Shown here piece after piece: positions 28,076-41,100 of a DNA stretch of 64,000 bases. This DNA comes from Macrostomum lignano. Lineage: Eukaryota. The notes beneath the pieces were generated by a model, which was not told where the DNA came from, searched no databases, and was given only the letters and a program-made list of their open reading frames with translations. The translations under genes were made by a program, and so were the position numbers. The number at the start of each line of letters is the position of its first letter. Position 1 is the stretch's first letter. Where the stretch lies: contig NIVC01000067.1 in the NCBI GenBank assembly GCA_002269645.1, positions 992,001 to 1,056,000 on the forward strand, written 5' to 3'.

Positions 28076-29225
28076 CCCACTAACCCAACCACTTACCTGT
28101 CACAACCTATTTTATTTTAACTCACAGCCTCTAATGAGCAGCAGAGCTCATTTCACATTTCTCGGTAAGCGCAGCGTTTCCCGAAATTAATGAGGCTGTG
28201 ACAAGTAAGTGGTTTGGGTGATGAGAAGATTTACGCAAGCAAACAATCAAGTAGGCGGCTTCCCCTGGATAAGTTACCCTCTGGTAACCGCAGCAGGCGG
28301 CTTCCCCAAGATAAGTTACCCTCTGGCAACAACAGGTGACCGCCACAAGATGAGGCACAGAATGTAAAGAGGCTGGGTACGGGTACAGGTTTGCAATCAG
28401 TACGACGCAATAGCAGACGGTCCCCTCCAAAACAGCTAGCTCTCGAACAATAACTGAAATTTTTTTTGATGAAAATGTTCTAAGTCAACTTTATTTTGAC
28501 ACTTATAAGCTAGACTAGACTAGAATCTTCCAAGTATTATATCTATTTAATAAATATCATTTCATAACATGTACAACCTGTTTAAATGTTTTATTATTAT
28601 TATTGTTGTTTAAATATTTAATTTTTAAAAAAATAACAACAATTTAGTCATTTAACATGTGTAATAAACCACTGAAACGAGGAGATACTCTATGGCAAAA
28701 TCTCCTATATGACTATCGTATTACAATATATATTTATGTTATTAAATGTTCAACTATCATATTGAAACTATATTGCAGAAACAAATGTATATAATATTAT
28801 ATTATAATACTCAATGGGTCCAAGCCGACGGCCAGTCGGCTGGCTCGGTCCAGCCGGGCGCCCCAGCGGCCGGCGGCCCGGCGCTCGTCGGCCATCTCCC
28901 GCTCGATGGCCCTCAGTTGGCCGGGCGTCGCCGGGCCATAGGCGCCAGCCGCCAGGGCCGCCCCCTCCGCCTCTATCTCGTTGACGGCCGCGGCCGCCAG
29001 CTGCCACATACGAAAACAATGTCTGTGTAATAGGATTTCGGTTCGGTACGGATATCGTATTAGTTGTTGTCGTTGGTGGTGGCACATTATATAATAAATA
29101 AATAAAAAACAATCGAGACATTCATATAATTACATTTCATGTTTTACGTTTCGATTGCTCGATTGCTTGTTTCTGGTTACTGACTTAATAAGTCAGGCGG
29201 TCTTGTGCTACACATTTGAGTAATA

Positions 29226-30603
29226 GTCTATGGCTACTTATGTTTCTGCATCGGATTAGTAGTTTGTACGCATCTATAATTCTACGCAGTTTAATTTCAT
29301 AAAATCGCTGTTTGAGCATTCTGGGTAAGTTCTGTGGTTTTAACCTATTATTTGTAATAGGTTAAAACCACAAAATAGTAGTTGCTATTTTAGCCAAAAG
29401 CTAGAGTGCCGCAATTTATAGCTATTGGTAAATATTTAACTGAAAGGCAGCTTAAATGTCGATAACATCGATTTCTCTATAAAGAGCTGAGGCTAGATTT
29501 AACATGGGACTCCCATAATCTGTTCGCTCTCTGTTTCACAATTATTTTGACTACTGCTAAATCTGCAGCTAAATTGTACCTAGATTAGTGTATTAGAAAC
29601 AACATACGCTCGTAAAAAGGTTTTAGGTCAAAAAGGTTTAATTATCGATAACTTGCTCGAAGGCAGCGAGTTATGGTAAGATAAATAAAATCAGAGCTTT
29701 CTCACCTTGCTGTGTTGGCTACAAGTCAACAGACTAGGACTTGGGAAGATCTTTATTAAATTTACAGAAACTGACTGCGATATTTCACTCTGGGTGGAGT
29801 GGTCGGTGGGTACGCGGTTGGGATGGAGATGAATGCTAGAGAGACTCGATTTTTTAGAGTACATATAAATAGCGTCAGCCTGCCTATTCCGATTGTTATA
29901 GTCTATGGCTCTTCTTGCTTTGGTGAAGTTTAGAGGGAATGGACGGAACTGAAAGCTGATTGGCTACTGGATTTTCCTTTCCCTTTCAATTTCTTAGGGA
30001 GAGGAGTAAGGGGGGAGAGGGGTAAAGGGGGAGAGGGGTAAGGGGGAGAGAGTTCAATTATCGATCGGAGGCTCGTCGCTTAAATAGTCTATGGTCTCTG
30101 AAATTGACTTAAAATTCAGCGCTGTGAGAGAAAGCAGACAGACAGACGATACACGCACAAATAAAGTTAAAATCACGAACCATAGTAGTGCAATAACATG
30201 GAAATAATGGATAAATAATCAGCGGTCCCAGTGCGTGACAACGATTGTCTGGCGAGCGCCGGTAGGCGCGAGCCATAGACAAATCGTTGTCGCGTGCTGC
30301 GACCGCTGATTCTTTGCATTGTTTTTCTGTTTGCCGATCCTACAGACAATGCATTGTTTGTAGTAATGGATTGTTCTGCATTAAAAATGTGAATAATGAT
30401 CGTCAAATTGCTAAACAATGCATGTGTAAGTGCAGCAAAGTGCTCATGACATAATATAGCGCGCACTGAAGAAATGTAATATATTTATGGATCTGAAAAT
30501 GAAATAGAACTCAAAACAGTTAATGTCTTTTTTAATTGTAGAGAACAACAGTTAAAATGCTAATATTATAAAAACTATTCGCTTTACAAGCAACTGTCTA
30601 TGG
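29226..30603. mobile_element. Second cluster of GTCTATGG/CCATAGAC elements
   Basis: Motif at 29226, 29901, 30087, 30273 and 30596. Hairpin 30217-30311 with arms AATCAGCGGTC..GACAACGATTGTCT / AGACAAATCGTTGTC..GACCGCTGATT. Confidence 0.5.
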
Positions 30604-30779
30604 CTAAAGCTGGTGAGTTTTTACGGTTCGGGCGAGTAAAAATATAAATACATGGATACATGGTTGTGCATTCAAACAGTTGCATTTCTATGGCATAAAG
30701 TATGCATCGTAGAGTAAGCAGGATTGTGCCCATGAACGGCGATTCTGCCCATTGCGCTGACTCCTGGGCACATTCAAGC

Positions 30780-31015
30780 GCGTCAATACTGTACGCAGGC
30801 ACTCACTCATGCACACGCTCACACAGGGTGCACAGCGGCCCTGACTTTATATTCATCAGGCAATGTACACTCTCTGTGCCTTAGGGGGGTTTGAATCGCC
30901 CGGCAACCCCCGGCCAATTTTTGTACATGGACCCAAATTAATGACCGCACACGGAATCAAACGAGGGGGGGTCGCGGTGCGAGATTCAGACGTGTTTACT
31001 CCCCAGTTTGCGTCC
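30780..31015 (-). mobile_element. tRNA-derived SINE (degenerate)
   Basis: Minus-strand head with B-box-like GTTTGATTCC and CGTCTGAATCTCG, shared with 37560-37722. The body CACAGGGTGCACAGCGGCCCTGACT is shared with the copies at 5213, 51870 and 53920. Confidence 0.65.
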
Positions 31016-31023
31016 AGTCAAGT

Positions 31024-31381
31024 TTACATAGCCATGAATACATAGCCATGAGTGCATAGCCATGAGTACATAGCCATGAGTACAAAGCCATGAATACATA
31101 GCCATGAGTGCATAGCCATGAGAGTACATAGCCATAAGTACATAGCCATGAGTACATAGCCGTGAGTGCATAGCCATGAGAGTACAAAGCCATGAGTACA
31201 TAGTCATGAATACATAGCCATGAGTACATAGCCATGAGTGCATAGCCATGAGTACAAAGCCATGAGTACAAAGCCATGAGTACATAGCCATGAATACATA
31301 GCCATGAGTACATAGCCATGAGTACAAAGCCATGAATACATAGCCATGAGTACATAGCCATGAGTACATAGCCATGAGTAC
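31024..31381. repeat. 14-bp minisatellite
   Basis: Unit AGTACATAGCCATG. Confidence 0.95.
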
Positions 31382-31519
31382 TGCACAAACCCAGCGCTAG
31401 GGTCATAATTGATTTCTAAAACAAATCTCTCGAGTATGGTAGTATACATGATCTATTTTGTCAAGAAACAATATTTGCAGCTGCCGCAGATGCATCTACT
31501 GTTGTCACTGTCTGGTTGC

Positions 31520-32104
31520 TCACATAGGGTTCTGCAGGTAGTAGCGATAGGCGGTCAGCGAACTGGACGAACTCGATCCGTGCCCGGGAAACGGCAGCGG
31601 CTGCTGATAATGCTGAGCATGCTGCTGCTGGTACTGCTGCAACCGTTGAGACTGGGACAGATATTGATGCGGCTGCTGCTGAAGCCTGGACTGCTCGGCG
31701 GCTGAGGCTGCGTCTGTTGAAAGCAGCGGAGATGCCTCGTAACCGGCGGAGTCTCCCAGCTGACGGCGATAGATCGACGCATGCCGCAGCTGCGGCGGCG
31801 GTGGTGGCGGATGCTGCCGTGTCAGCGACATTGGAGTTGCCCGTTCTCTAGCGGGTGCGGGAGATAGCTGCTGCTGCTGCTGCTGCTGCGGATGCTGCAT
31901 CAGCTGCCGCTCCATCCGACTAAGCTGATCGAGCTCGCGCATCAAGGCGTCACCGTAGCTGCTACCCAATCCATAATCAAAGACTGGCTGCGGCGGGCGC
32001 TGATAATTGCTTAGGCCGTAGCCGTAGCCGTAGCCATAGCCGTAGCCCTCGTAGATGTGACCAGCCACTCCAGAAATTTCGCCTCCGCCGCCTCTGAAAG
32101 TCAC
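31520..32104 (-). other. Probable additional cytoplasmic-tail coding sequence of the neuregulin-like gene, out of frame with exon 7
   Basis: Gln/Pro/Tyr-rich open frame (HIYEGYGYGYG...YQQPLPFPG...YRYYLQNPM*) overlapping the exon 7 stop. This frame is open from about 32233. Confidence 0.5.
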
Positions 32105-35100
32105 AGCGGCTCCGCTGGGGCCGTTCTCCCGGACTGGATGGACAACCGGGGCAGTGTAGCAACACTCAGTTGGTTTTGCTGCTGCTGGTGACGCTGATAG
32201 GGCTGGTGGCGGCCAACAGTGGCTGTCCGGTTACCATGGTTACTGCTGCGAGCCGTTTCTTCCGTTAGTGTTGAAGCGTCAGCGACGTTCCGACGCCCGG
32301 AAGCGGCGGCAGCGGCTGCAGCTGGACCGTCAACCAGGACGGCTGCTGATCGGTTTGGCGAGGGCTGGGCCGCCCTGCCGTGCGGTAGGCCGTCTGACAG
32401 GAATCGAACCTGCACCTCCTGCAACGAATAGGAGCACAGCACTGGCCTTTCCCGCCTGAATAAAACATAGTTAACGCGTTTCGCACAGTTTTTGCTACTT
32501 TAAGTAGAGCAGTGCATGGTTTTAACTGTTCAGCTAGTTTTAACCTAGTCTTGACCTCGGGGGGGGGGGTACAGTGCTGAATAGCAACCTATCTACAGAT
32601 CTCCGACCTTGACTATGTATGATTATTATTAGCTGACCAGGTGACAACAAATACAAACCTTATTCGAAGTGCTATCAGCTTGTCTTCGCCTGCCTTTTCT
32701 GTAGTCCAACCTTCTGCGTCTGAAGTTAAAACATCAGAGAGAACTGTTGATACACCAGCAAATCTGGAATGCAAGCGACTTTTGTCTATGGTGTAATCGT
32801 ATCACAATGCAGAAATTTTGCGGTGAATTAAAATAGCGTGCAGGTTTACCCCAGATTCGCCGAATCCCGATTCGCCGAATCCCGATTCGCCGATTCCTGC
32901 TTCGCCGAAATTCCTGATTTGCCGAATTCCTGATTTGCCGAATTCCTGATTTGCCGATTACCCCATTGACCATCCACTCACACACGCACACACACACAGG
33001 CGCACCATCAGCTGAACAAGTGCTTCTGTGGAGAGTTGTATTTATAAAAGTGTGACTGCCTCAACTGGAAATCTGGCCCTTATATACGAGCGTGCGGACA
33101 GGGCTAGGCAGGAGAGCCTCCAGAGCTGGCCAATCACAACCCGGCCCACCTGGCATGCATCCACTTCCACCTGTGGCGTCGTACAATTAGAAACTGGAAG
33201 GTTCGGCGAGTCAGGAATTCGGAAAATCAGGAATTTCGGCGAAGCAGGAATCGGCGAATCAGGATTTCGGCGAGTCAGGAATTCGGCGAGTCAGGATTTC
33301 GGCGAGTCAGGAATTCGGCGAGTCAGGAATTCGGCGAATCGGGAATCGGCGAATCGGGATTCGGCGAATCGGGGGTAAACCAACGATTCAACCATGGGCC
33401 TCTTGCGTCTCATGGATTCTTTGCCAGGCATCGCTACCTCCAGGGAAAAATGAAAAATCCGCATCTTGAAGAATGTTCATTCCGATGAACATTCACCAGA
33501 TCAGATCGACTTCATCTGTGAATACTCAGGACAGGCTCACCTACCTCGGCCCAAACCCGAGCCTCTCTAACGTTTTTAGGCCCGAGAGTCTCTGCCAGCT
33601 CGTCCGCTACCTAAGGGCTACCTGGCGAGCAACCATCTACCTCCTGTGGACTCTCTGGAGTGGGACCGCCGCTGCGGACACCAGCACCACTCCATGGTGC
33701 CCATGGTACCAGCTGCCCATGGTCGTCAGGGGCTGTATCCGGCTGCCCAGAACCCCCTGCAGCTGAGTCAAAGCAAGTCAAAGTCTGTCGATGTCTCGAG
33801 AAATTCAACGCTCGACATCCAGTCGAAGCTACCAACTGGGTCATAATCGCTGAGCATCACTGAATCACCCTTTTGATTGACTGTTGTTTTAGGAATCGCT
33901 CCATGGATTGCTGTTGAAGCGCAAAAATCAATTTGCTGATGACGATGCTCCAGATATATCTTCGCCAGGCAATGTGACATTCAATTTGACATTCAATAAA
34001 TGATTTGTCCGTGAAGGGCCACTGAGCTTCGAGTGTCGCTTCCTGCAGAACGAACCGACCACAGATGATCTATTTGGTAACGCCCTGCGTTCTTAATTCG
34101 TCATTGGTTCCGCATTGCCGTAAATAACAAATCATATTCAAATTTTCCTTACTACTTACTATACGCTTAAATAGTTCCCATTTTTCCTTATCGCTTTCTT
34201 CCCTCGACTGCGCGGCCTCTATAATGTGAGAAAAATTCATCAAACCAAGAGAGGAACCAAATCGATTTCTTGGCCTTGGACGCCTGCAGTCTGACATCAG
34301 TTCCGCACTTATCGCACGCGCCCAATATTGTTCCATTAAGTTAAATAAGAGCTTAACTGCAAGTTTCCAGCGTGCATGCAATAATATATTCATAGCAAAG
34401 AACAGTTTTCAAGCCAACAAGCACAGTAGAGAAGAGAAGGACAGAAAGTTTGCCCAAAACAACAAGCAGTTGACAACAATTTAAAGTAGAAATTATAAAA
34501 TAAAACTGTATAAACCGAATTTACAGCCGCGCCGAGACGGCCCAGGTGCAATAAAGCGAATGATTGAAGCCTGGGCACCACAAGATCCGGGATGAGTTGC
34601 TGGGAGGTGGGTCCGTGGGAACCAGCCAGGCAGGCGCACTGTCCTGCATAATTAAACTCTTAGCTGGGACCCTCACCTGACCAGGAACCAGGGGACAGGC
34701 CCAAACCGCCTCAAGGACGTTCTCTCACCCCAACACTCTTCAATGCTATTCCTTTCTTTCTGTCTTCTCTCTCGCTGCTCGGTCGATTGGAGAGGCCGCC
34801 CGTTGGAGCCAGCGTTGCAGGGAGATTCTCAAAACTTTCCATCAAGCCTTTCTTACCTATCAGGTCACTCCTATCTATCTGGCCTTCGATTTCTTTTCCT
34901 ATCCAGATATAAAAGTACAAATTGCAACCAAATCTGAGACCCACCCTACCAGCTGATTGTGCAGCCATTGCAGCGGTTGGAAGACTTTGAGTCCAGAGAA
35001 GATTCAGTCAGACATGAACTAAGCAGACTCACATGCTGCAGGTCAGGTAGCAGACAGCTATGAGCAGGCCAATAACGATGAGCAGAGCAATGATCATGGC

Positions 35101-38100
35101 CACTATTAGGCCCGTGTTCGATCGCGAAATTGCGCTAGCGGACGCCAGACTTTTCACGTAGTCTGCAAAACAATTCATTAACTATGATTGGTGCAAACCG
35201 CGGCGCTATTAAAAATGAAAACACAAAGCAGAATAATGCAAAACAACACCGACAATTTAAGTTGGTTATTAAACCGAAACAACAGAATAAGATTGAATAG
35301 AAACAAAGGAAACAACATCCAGGATGATCCCGCACAGATCAGAGCGGCAGTCCCGCAGCCTTACTTAGCCAGATACCATGACAGTATGAGCATGAGAGCT
35401 ATGACTACCGCTATGACCCCTATGGTCATGCGGGTCAGGACTCGGTCCACAGCCCGGGCCGCCGTGCTGCTCAGCAGCTCTGCAAACAGTTCCAGTGCGG
35501 ATGCCTAATGCCAGCCTAATGGTTCTAACTGGATGCCTAATACCAGCCTAATGATTCTAACTGGATGCCTAATGCCAGCCTAATGATTCTAACCGGATGC
35601 CTAATACCAGCCTAATGATTCTAACTGGATGCCTAATGCCAGCGTAATGATTCTAACTGGATGCCTAATACCAGCCTAATGGTTCTAACTGGATGCCTAA
35701 TGCCAGCCTAATGATTCTAACTGGATGCCTAATGCCAGCCTAATGATTCTAACTGGATACCTAATACCAGCCTAATGGTTCTAACTGGATGCCTAATACC
35801 AGCCTAATGATTCTAACTGGATGCCTAATGCCAGCCTAATGATTCTAACTGGATGCCTAATTCCAGCCTAATGATTCTAACTGGATGCCTAATGCCAGCC
35901 TAATGATTCTAACTGGATGCCTAATTCCAGCCTAATGATTCTAACTGGATGCCTAATTCCAGCTTAATGATTCTAACTGGATGCCTAATGCCAGCCTAAT
36001 GATTCTCACTGGATGCCTAATGCCAGCTTGTAGATTCGAACCTCAATTTGTACTTTCCCTTTTCTAGGTTGGGTTTCTCCCTCCCCGCAGTCACTCTCTC
36101 CCTATCTCTCTCCCGTCCCATTTCCGTACTGCACTACAAAAATCAGCCGGGTCCCGTTTTGGATCGAACTCCCGCATCGACCCGCCCAGCTGCTAAACAC
36201 TGCTCTCACAGGGCGGAGGGAATTCTAGTGGGTTGAGGATAACTTCTTGGCTAGTTTTGCCCACCAGAAGGCGCTCGGCAAAGAGACTGACAGGAATTTC
36301 TGGATCCACTGGACCGGAAAGTGCAAGCAGAAGCCCGTGTACTTGGGTGCAGGGGAGAGAGAGTTCGGGCTAAGGAGAGACATCAGTGAGGCCGTAAATG
36401 GGCAGATTTTAAGCGAGGATTTTCAGTGGACCGAGTCGCAGGCAGTCTCCGGGTAATGAGGATACACCACTAAGCGGACTGGAAAGGGTAGGCGGGCGGC
36501 TATTCAAGCTGTTTGCTTCTGGTCATCTGAGGGTGCGGTTCTAGTTATGCTGAATTCTGGTAAACATCTAAATGCATTTCTCCTCAGATATTTCCAAAGT
36601 CGATGACATTTAATTCTCAAGCCTGTTCTGAATCATGACTTTTCTTATTTCTCATTTTGAATTCCCGATTTCTCATTCTGAACTCCAGATTTCTCATTCT
36701 GAACTCCAGATTTCTCATTCTGAACTCCAGATTTCTCATTCTGAACTCCAGATTTCTCATTCTGAACTCCAGATTTCTCATTCTGAACTCCGAATTTCTC
36801 ATTCTGAAACAAATATCCTTTTTCTAATTTAGAATAATTTTTTTAAAATAATTAATTTTCCTAACAACGGTCTTTCCCTATCCTGAAATACCCTCAAAGT
36901 CGCTCAGATCCCCCGGCCTGATAATTACGCTGGAATTCAACGCAATTCCCATGGTGACGAGCCGCCTCCGCAGCCGTGGTGAGGCACCTGTAATTAAAAG
37001 CATGATTCGATAGGGTGGGGTGACGTGTCATCTGGCTTAGCCTGTTTCATTAATTATAAAAAGATTAGCAAATGTTAGTTGAAAATATTATATCAGCAAA
37101 GCAGTTATACATTTAGCTTGTAAAACAAACTCTTTATTAGCCAGATCCTTGACTTTGTCTAGATTTATTGTCAAGAAGTTGACCTCAACTTGTGTGAAAG
37201 GAGTTTAGAAAATCAATTTTGATTCAGTAGCAGCAATAAAATTTTGTTTTGAGTTATCGTGTTATTTAAAACCAGCAGAAACGCCAATTTGACAATCGTT
37301 TTAACAAACATAGGCTGGTCGAAACTATGACTCATATGACTCACTCTGCTCAAAAGCGTCATCATCAAATTTTTCGCAAATGAGACCAGTGTACGGGCTC
37401 GGGCATCTGGAATCAAATCGTCATTTTAAGCAAAACAAAAAAAGAAAAACATTCAACTACGAGCGTAATTGTGATTTGAAAAATTTCCGGATTTTGGCGC
37501 GAATTTAAATTGCAATGAGTAGACTAGCGGTTTATATTCAACAGATAATGCAGGAAGGCTGTGGAGACTCCAGCTGTACGCAGATACTGTACGCACGACA
37601 ACCCCCAGCCCAGTTTTCGCGCACAAGCCCCAGATGAGCTTGGAGTCTGCGCGCGCAAGGTATCAAACCAAAGGAGTCGCTGCCCGAGATTCAGACACGT
37701 TTAACGGCTGAGCTGCCCTGCCCCCTAATTGAGCATTTTAGTCCCCTCTTTCTCATGCTGTACTTTTAGAACAGCGCCTTAGCATAAAAGAGAGCAGAGA
37801 GTGGGAGGGTCAGCGAAAGTCCAGAACTGAGACAGGAACAGAAGTGCCTCGATATGTGACTGCCCGGCCAAATTGCAGGCTAAATTGGTCCCCAAGGGCC
37901 CAGCAGGGAGCGGCCTGTGATGAATAAAAAAATCTGCGTCGCTGAAAATCAGCGCAATATTCGCCTGTTAACAACGCTCTCTGGCGCGCACTGCAGCCAG
38001 GGGAATTCCATTGGTAGTGGGGAGGAGGGTAAGGAGGCGAGGGGGCGATTAATCAGATCCTGCGACAGGATTCGAAATGAATTCGAGTGATGGCTGGGGA

Positions 38101-41100
38101 AGGGAGAAGGCTGCTAGTTAGGGCGACTATTGGGGATTTTGGGACTTCTAGGCGGGATTGGATAATGATGCTCCAGTGCGCTATGAAGGCGGGAAAACTG
38201 ATAGACTTGGAGGGCACTCGAGCGACTGAGTGGCAGAAGCTTTGGGAGAGAAGCTGGTAGAGAGAGAGTTGGTGTGTGCGTCACAGGGGATTCAATGAGA
38301 ATAGAAGAGAGGAGAATACGAGACATATATTGGTTGGAGGCTGAGGGAAGCGGAGAGGGGCAGCGGAGAAGGACAAGCGGTGAGGGCCAGGCGGTGAGGG
38401 CCAGGCGATTAGGGGGCAGGCGGGGAGGGGCAGGCGGTGAGGGCCAGGCGATTAGGGGGCAGGCGGGAGGGGCAGGCGGTGAGGGGCAGGCGATTAGGGG
38501 GCAGGCGGGGAGGGACAGGCGGTGAGGGGCAGGCGGTGAGGGGCAGGCGGGGAAAGACAGGCGGTGAGGGGCAGGCGATTAGGGGGCAGGCGGGGAGGGA
38601 CAGGCGGTGAGGGCCAGGCGATTAGGGGGCAGGCGAGGAGGAGCAGGCGGGGAGGGACAGGCGGTGAGGGCCAGGCGGTGAGGGCCAGGCGGTGAGGGGC
38701 AGGCAGTGAGGGGAAGGCGGTGAGGGGAAGGCGGTGAGGGGAAGGCGTTGAGGGGAAGGCGTTGAGGGGAAGGCGGTGAGGGGAAGGCGGTGAGGGGAAG
38801 GCGGTGAGGGGAAGGCGGTGAGGGGAAGGCGGTGAGGGGAAGGCGGTGAGGGGCAGGCAGTGAGGGGCAGTCGGTGAGGGACAGGCGGGGAGGGACAGGC
38901 GGGGAGGGCCAGGCGGTGAGGGGAAGGCGGTGAGGGGAAGGCGGTGAGGGGAAGGCGGTGAGGGGCAGGCAGTGAGGGGCAGGCGGTGAGGGGCAGGCAG
39001 TGAGGGGAAGGCGGTGAGGGGCAGGCAGTGAGGGGCAGGTGGTGAGGGCCAGGCAAAATGAGCAATCGAGCTCGGCCGAGAATTGGAGAGACTGCGCGCT
39101 GAGATGAGGCTTAGCGGGCAACCGCAAGAGGCCAAATAGCAGCTGATGCACTCTCCGCCGCTCTCTGATTGATTGATCGGCGATGAGGTGCGCAGGCTAG
39201 TCCAGACTCGCGGAACTTTGATGAAGATAAAAACTGGATGCGAAAGTCTCCAAAGCGCAGGCTTAAGCGCGGGTTTAAACATTTGAGAACAGAAAAATCA
39301 AGCTAGCAAGGAGAGGTCTGTTTGCTCTGCAGCACAAGCTCCAATTTTCATGGCTGAATTCCTATCCAGTGTTTGCTCTGCTGCCCGCCAATCTCAGTTA
39401 GTCCATCTTGTGCTTTAAAATATTCGGAAATATAAATCGCTGTGGAGTACGAGGAGACAGTCGATCTGACACCACACGCTGGGTGCAGGAAAACCTATGC
39501 TTGTTCCTTGAGCCTGCCTGCCTTAAGGAAGTGGGAGCAATCGCCAATATGGATTTCTGAGTACTCGTGTCCCTTCAGCAATCAGGTCCCGTCTCTCTGC
39601 CCGGTTACTTCTGGATGCGAGGTGAACTCCTGCCGAATAGACCTATGCTTTTGACAAAATTGTTTTCGCTACATATCGGTGGAAATTAACTTTGCTAGCT
39701 TATCCAGCTTAGCCAACAAAGTTATCAACAATACATATCGGTAGAAATCAACTTTTCCTGTTTGAATCTTGAGCCAATAAAGTTATTAACGATACATATC
39801 GGTAGAAATCAACTCTTCCAACTTGAATCTTGAGCCAATTAAGTTATTAACGATACATATCGGTAGAAATCAACTCTTCCAACTTGAATCTTGAGCCAAT
39901 TAAGTTATTAACGATACATATCGGTAGAAATCAACTCTTCCAACTTGAATCTTGAGCCAATAAAGTTATTAACAATACATATCGGTAGAAATCAACTCTT
40001 CCAACTTGAATCTTGAGCCAATTAAGTTATTAACGATACATATCGGTAGAAATCAACTCTTCCAACTTGAATCTTGAGCTAATAAAGTTATTAACAATAC
40101 ATATCGGTAGAAATCAACTCTTCCAACTTGAATCTTGAGCCAATTAAGTTATTAACGATACATATCGGTAGAAATCAACTCTTCCAACTTGAATCTTGAG
40201 CCAATTAAGTTATTAACGATACATATCGGTAGAAATCAACTCTTCCAACTTGAATCTTGAGCTAATAAAGTTATTAACAATACATATCGGTAGAAATCAA
40301 CTCTTCCAACTTGAATCTTGAGCCAATTAAGTTATTAACGATACATATCGGTAGAAATCAACTCTTCCAACTTGAATCTTGAGCTAATAAAGTTATTAAC
40401 AATACATATCGGTAGAAATCAACTCTTCCAACTTGAATCTTGAGCTAATAAAGTTATTAACAATACATATCGGTAGAAATCAACTCTTCCAACTTGAATC
40501 TTGAGCTAATAAAGTTATTAACAATACATATCGGTAGAAATCAACTTCACCAGGTAAAATTTAGAGCTAGCAAAGTTATTGTCGCTACATATCGGTCGAA
40601 GAAACTGTATCAGCTTAACTCTAGTGCTTTTTCGAAAGCTACTCGCTTCTCTCTCTCTACCTCTCTCTCCCTCACTACGGCTCGTATTCTCTCCCTTATC
40701 ACCTGTAGGACTTGAGTTCCAGTTGAATTGTATTAGCCGTTACTGTAAAAAAACAGTGAAGTTACATAACAGGGCCTTGCCTTTCTTTTATACAGCAGCT
40801 GAGCAACTCACATGCAGTAGGGCCGGCTGTTCAGTTGGTCATAATAGCAGGTGCCGCCGTGCAGGCAGCGGGTCATCGAGCTCGAATCGCACAGGTAGCG
40901 AGTCGGCGGGGGCGTTGTGGCCACTGAACGGTGAAAGCAAACAACGCGAGGGTTAAGGTTTCGAGGACCGATGTTACAATAAAATCGTCAGTTAAGATTA
41001 GCAAACAATTGACGGCAAAATGCTATTGATCTCAACTAACAATTGTTGCCACCATCTGTTCAGTGTATTGTTTCTCGATCGAAACTGTCTACGCTGTATT

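Noticed and set aside
38494-39282. Pro-rich ORFs, and the region near 39060-39200 as the EGF C-loop exon
   Set aside because: Mostly minisatellite translation; no phase-compatible splice sites or GxRC motif.
39665-40600. CRISPR-like array (also the 37-, 32- and 29-bp arrays)
   Set aside because: Units are contiguous with no unique spacers, no cas genes are present, and the context is eukaryotic intron.
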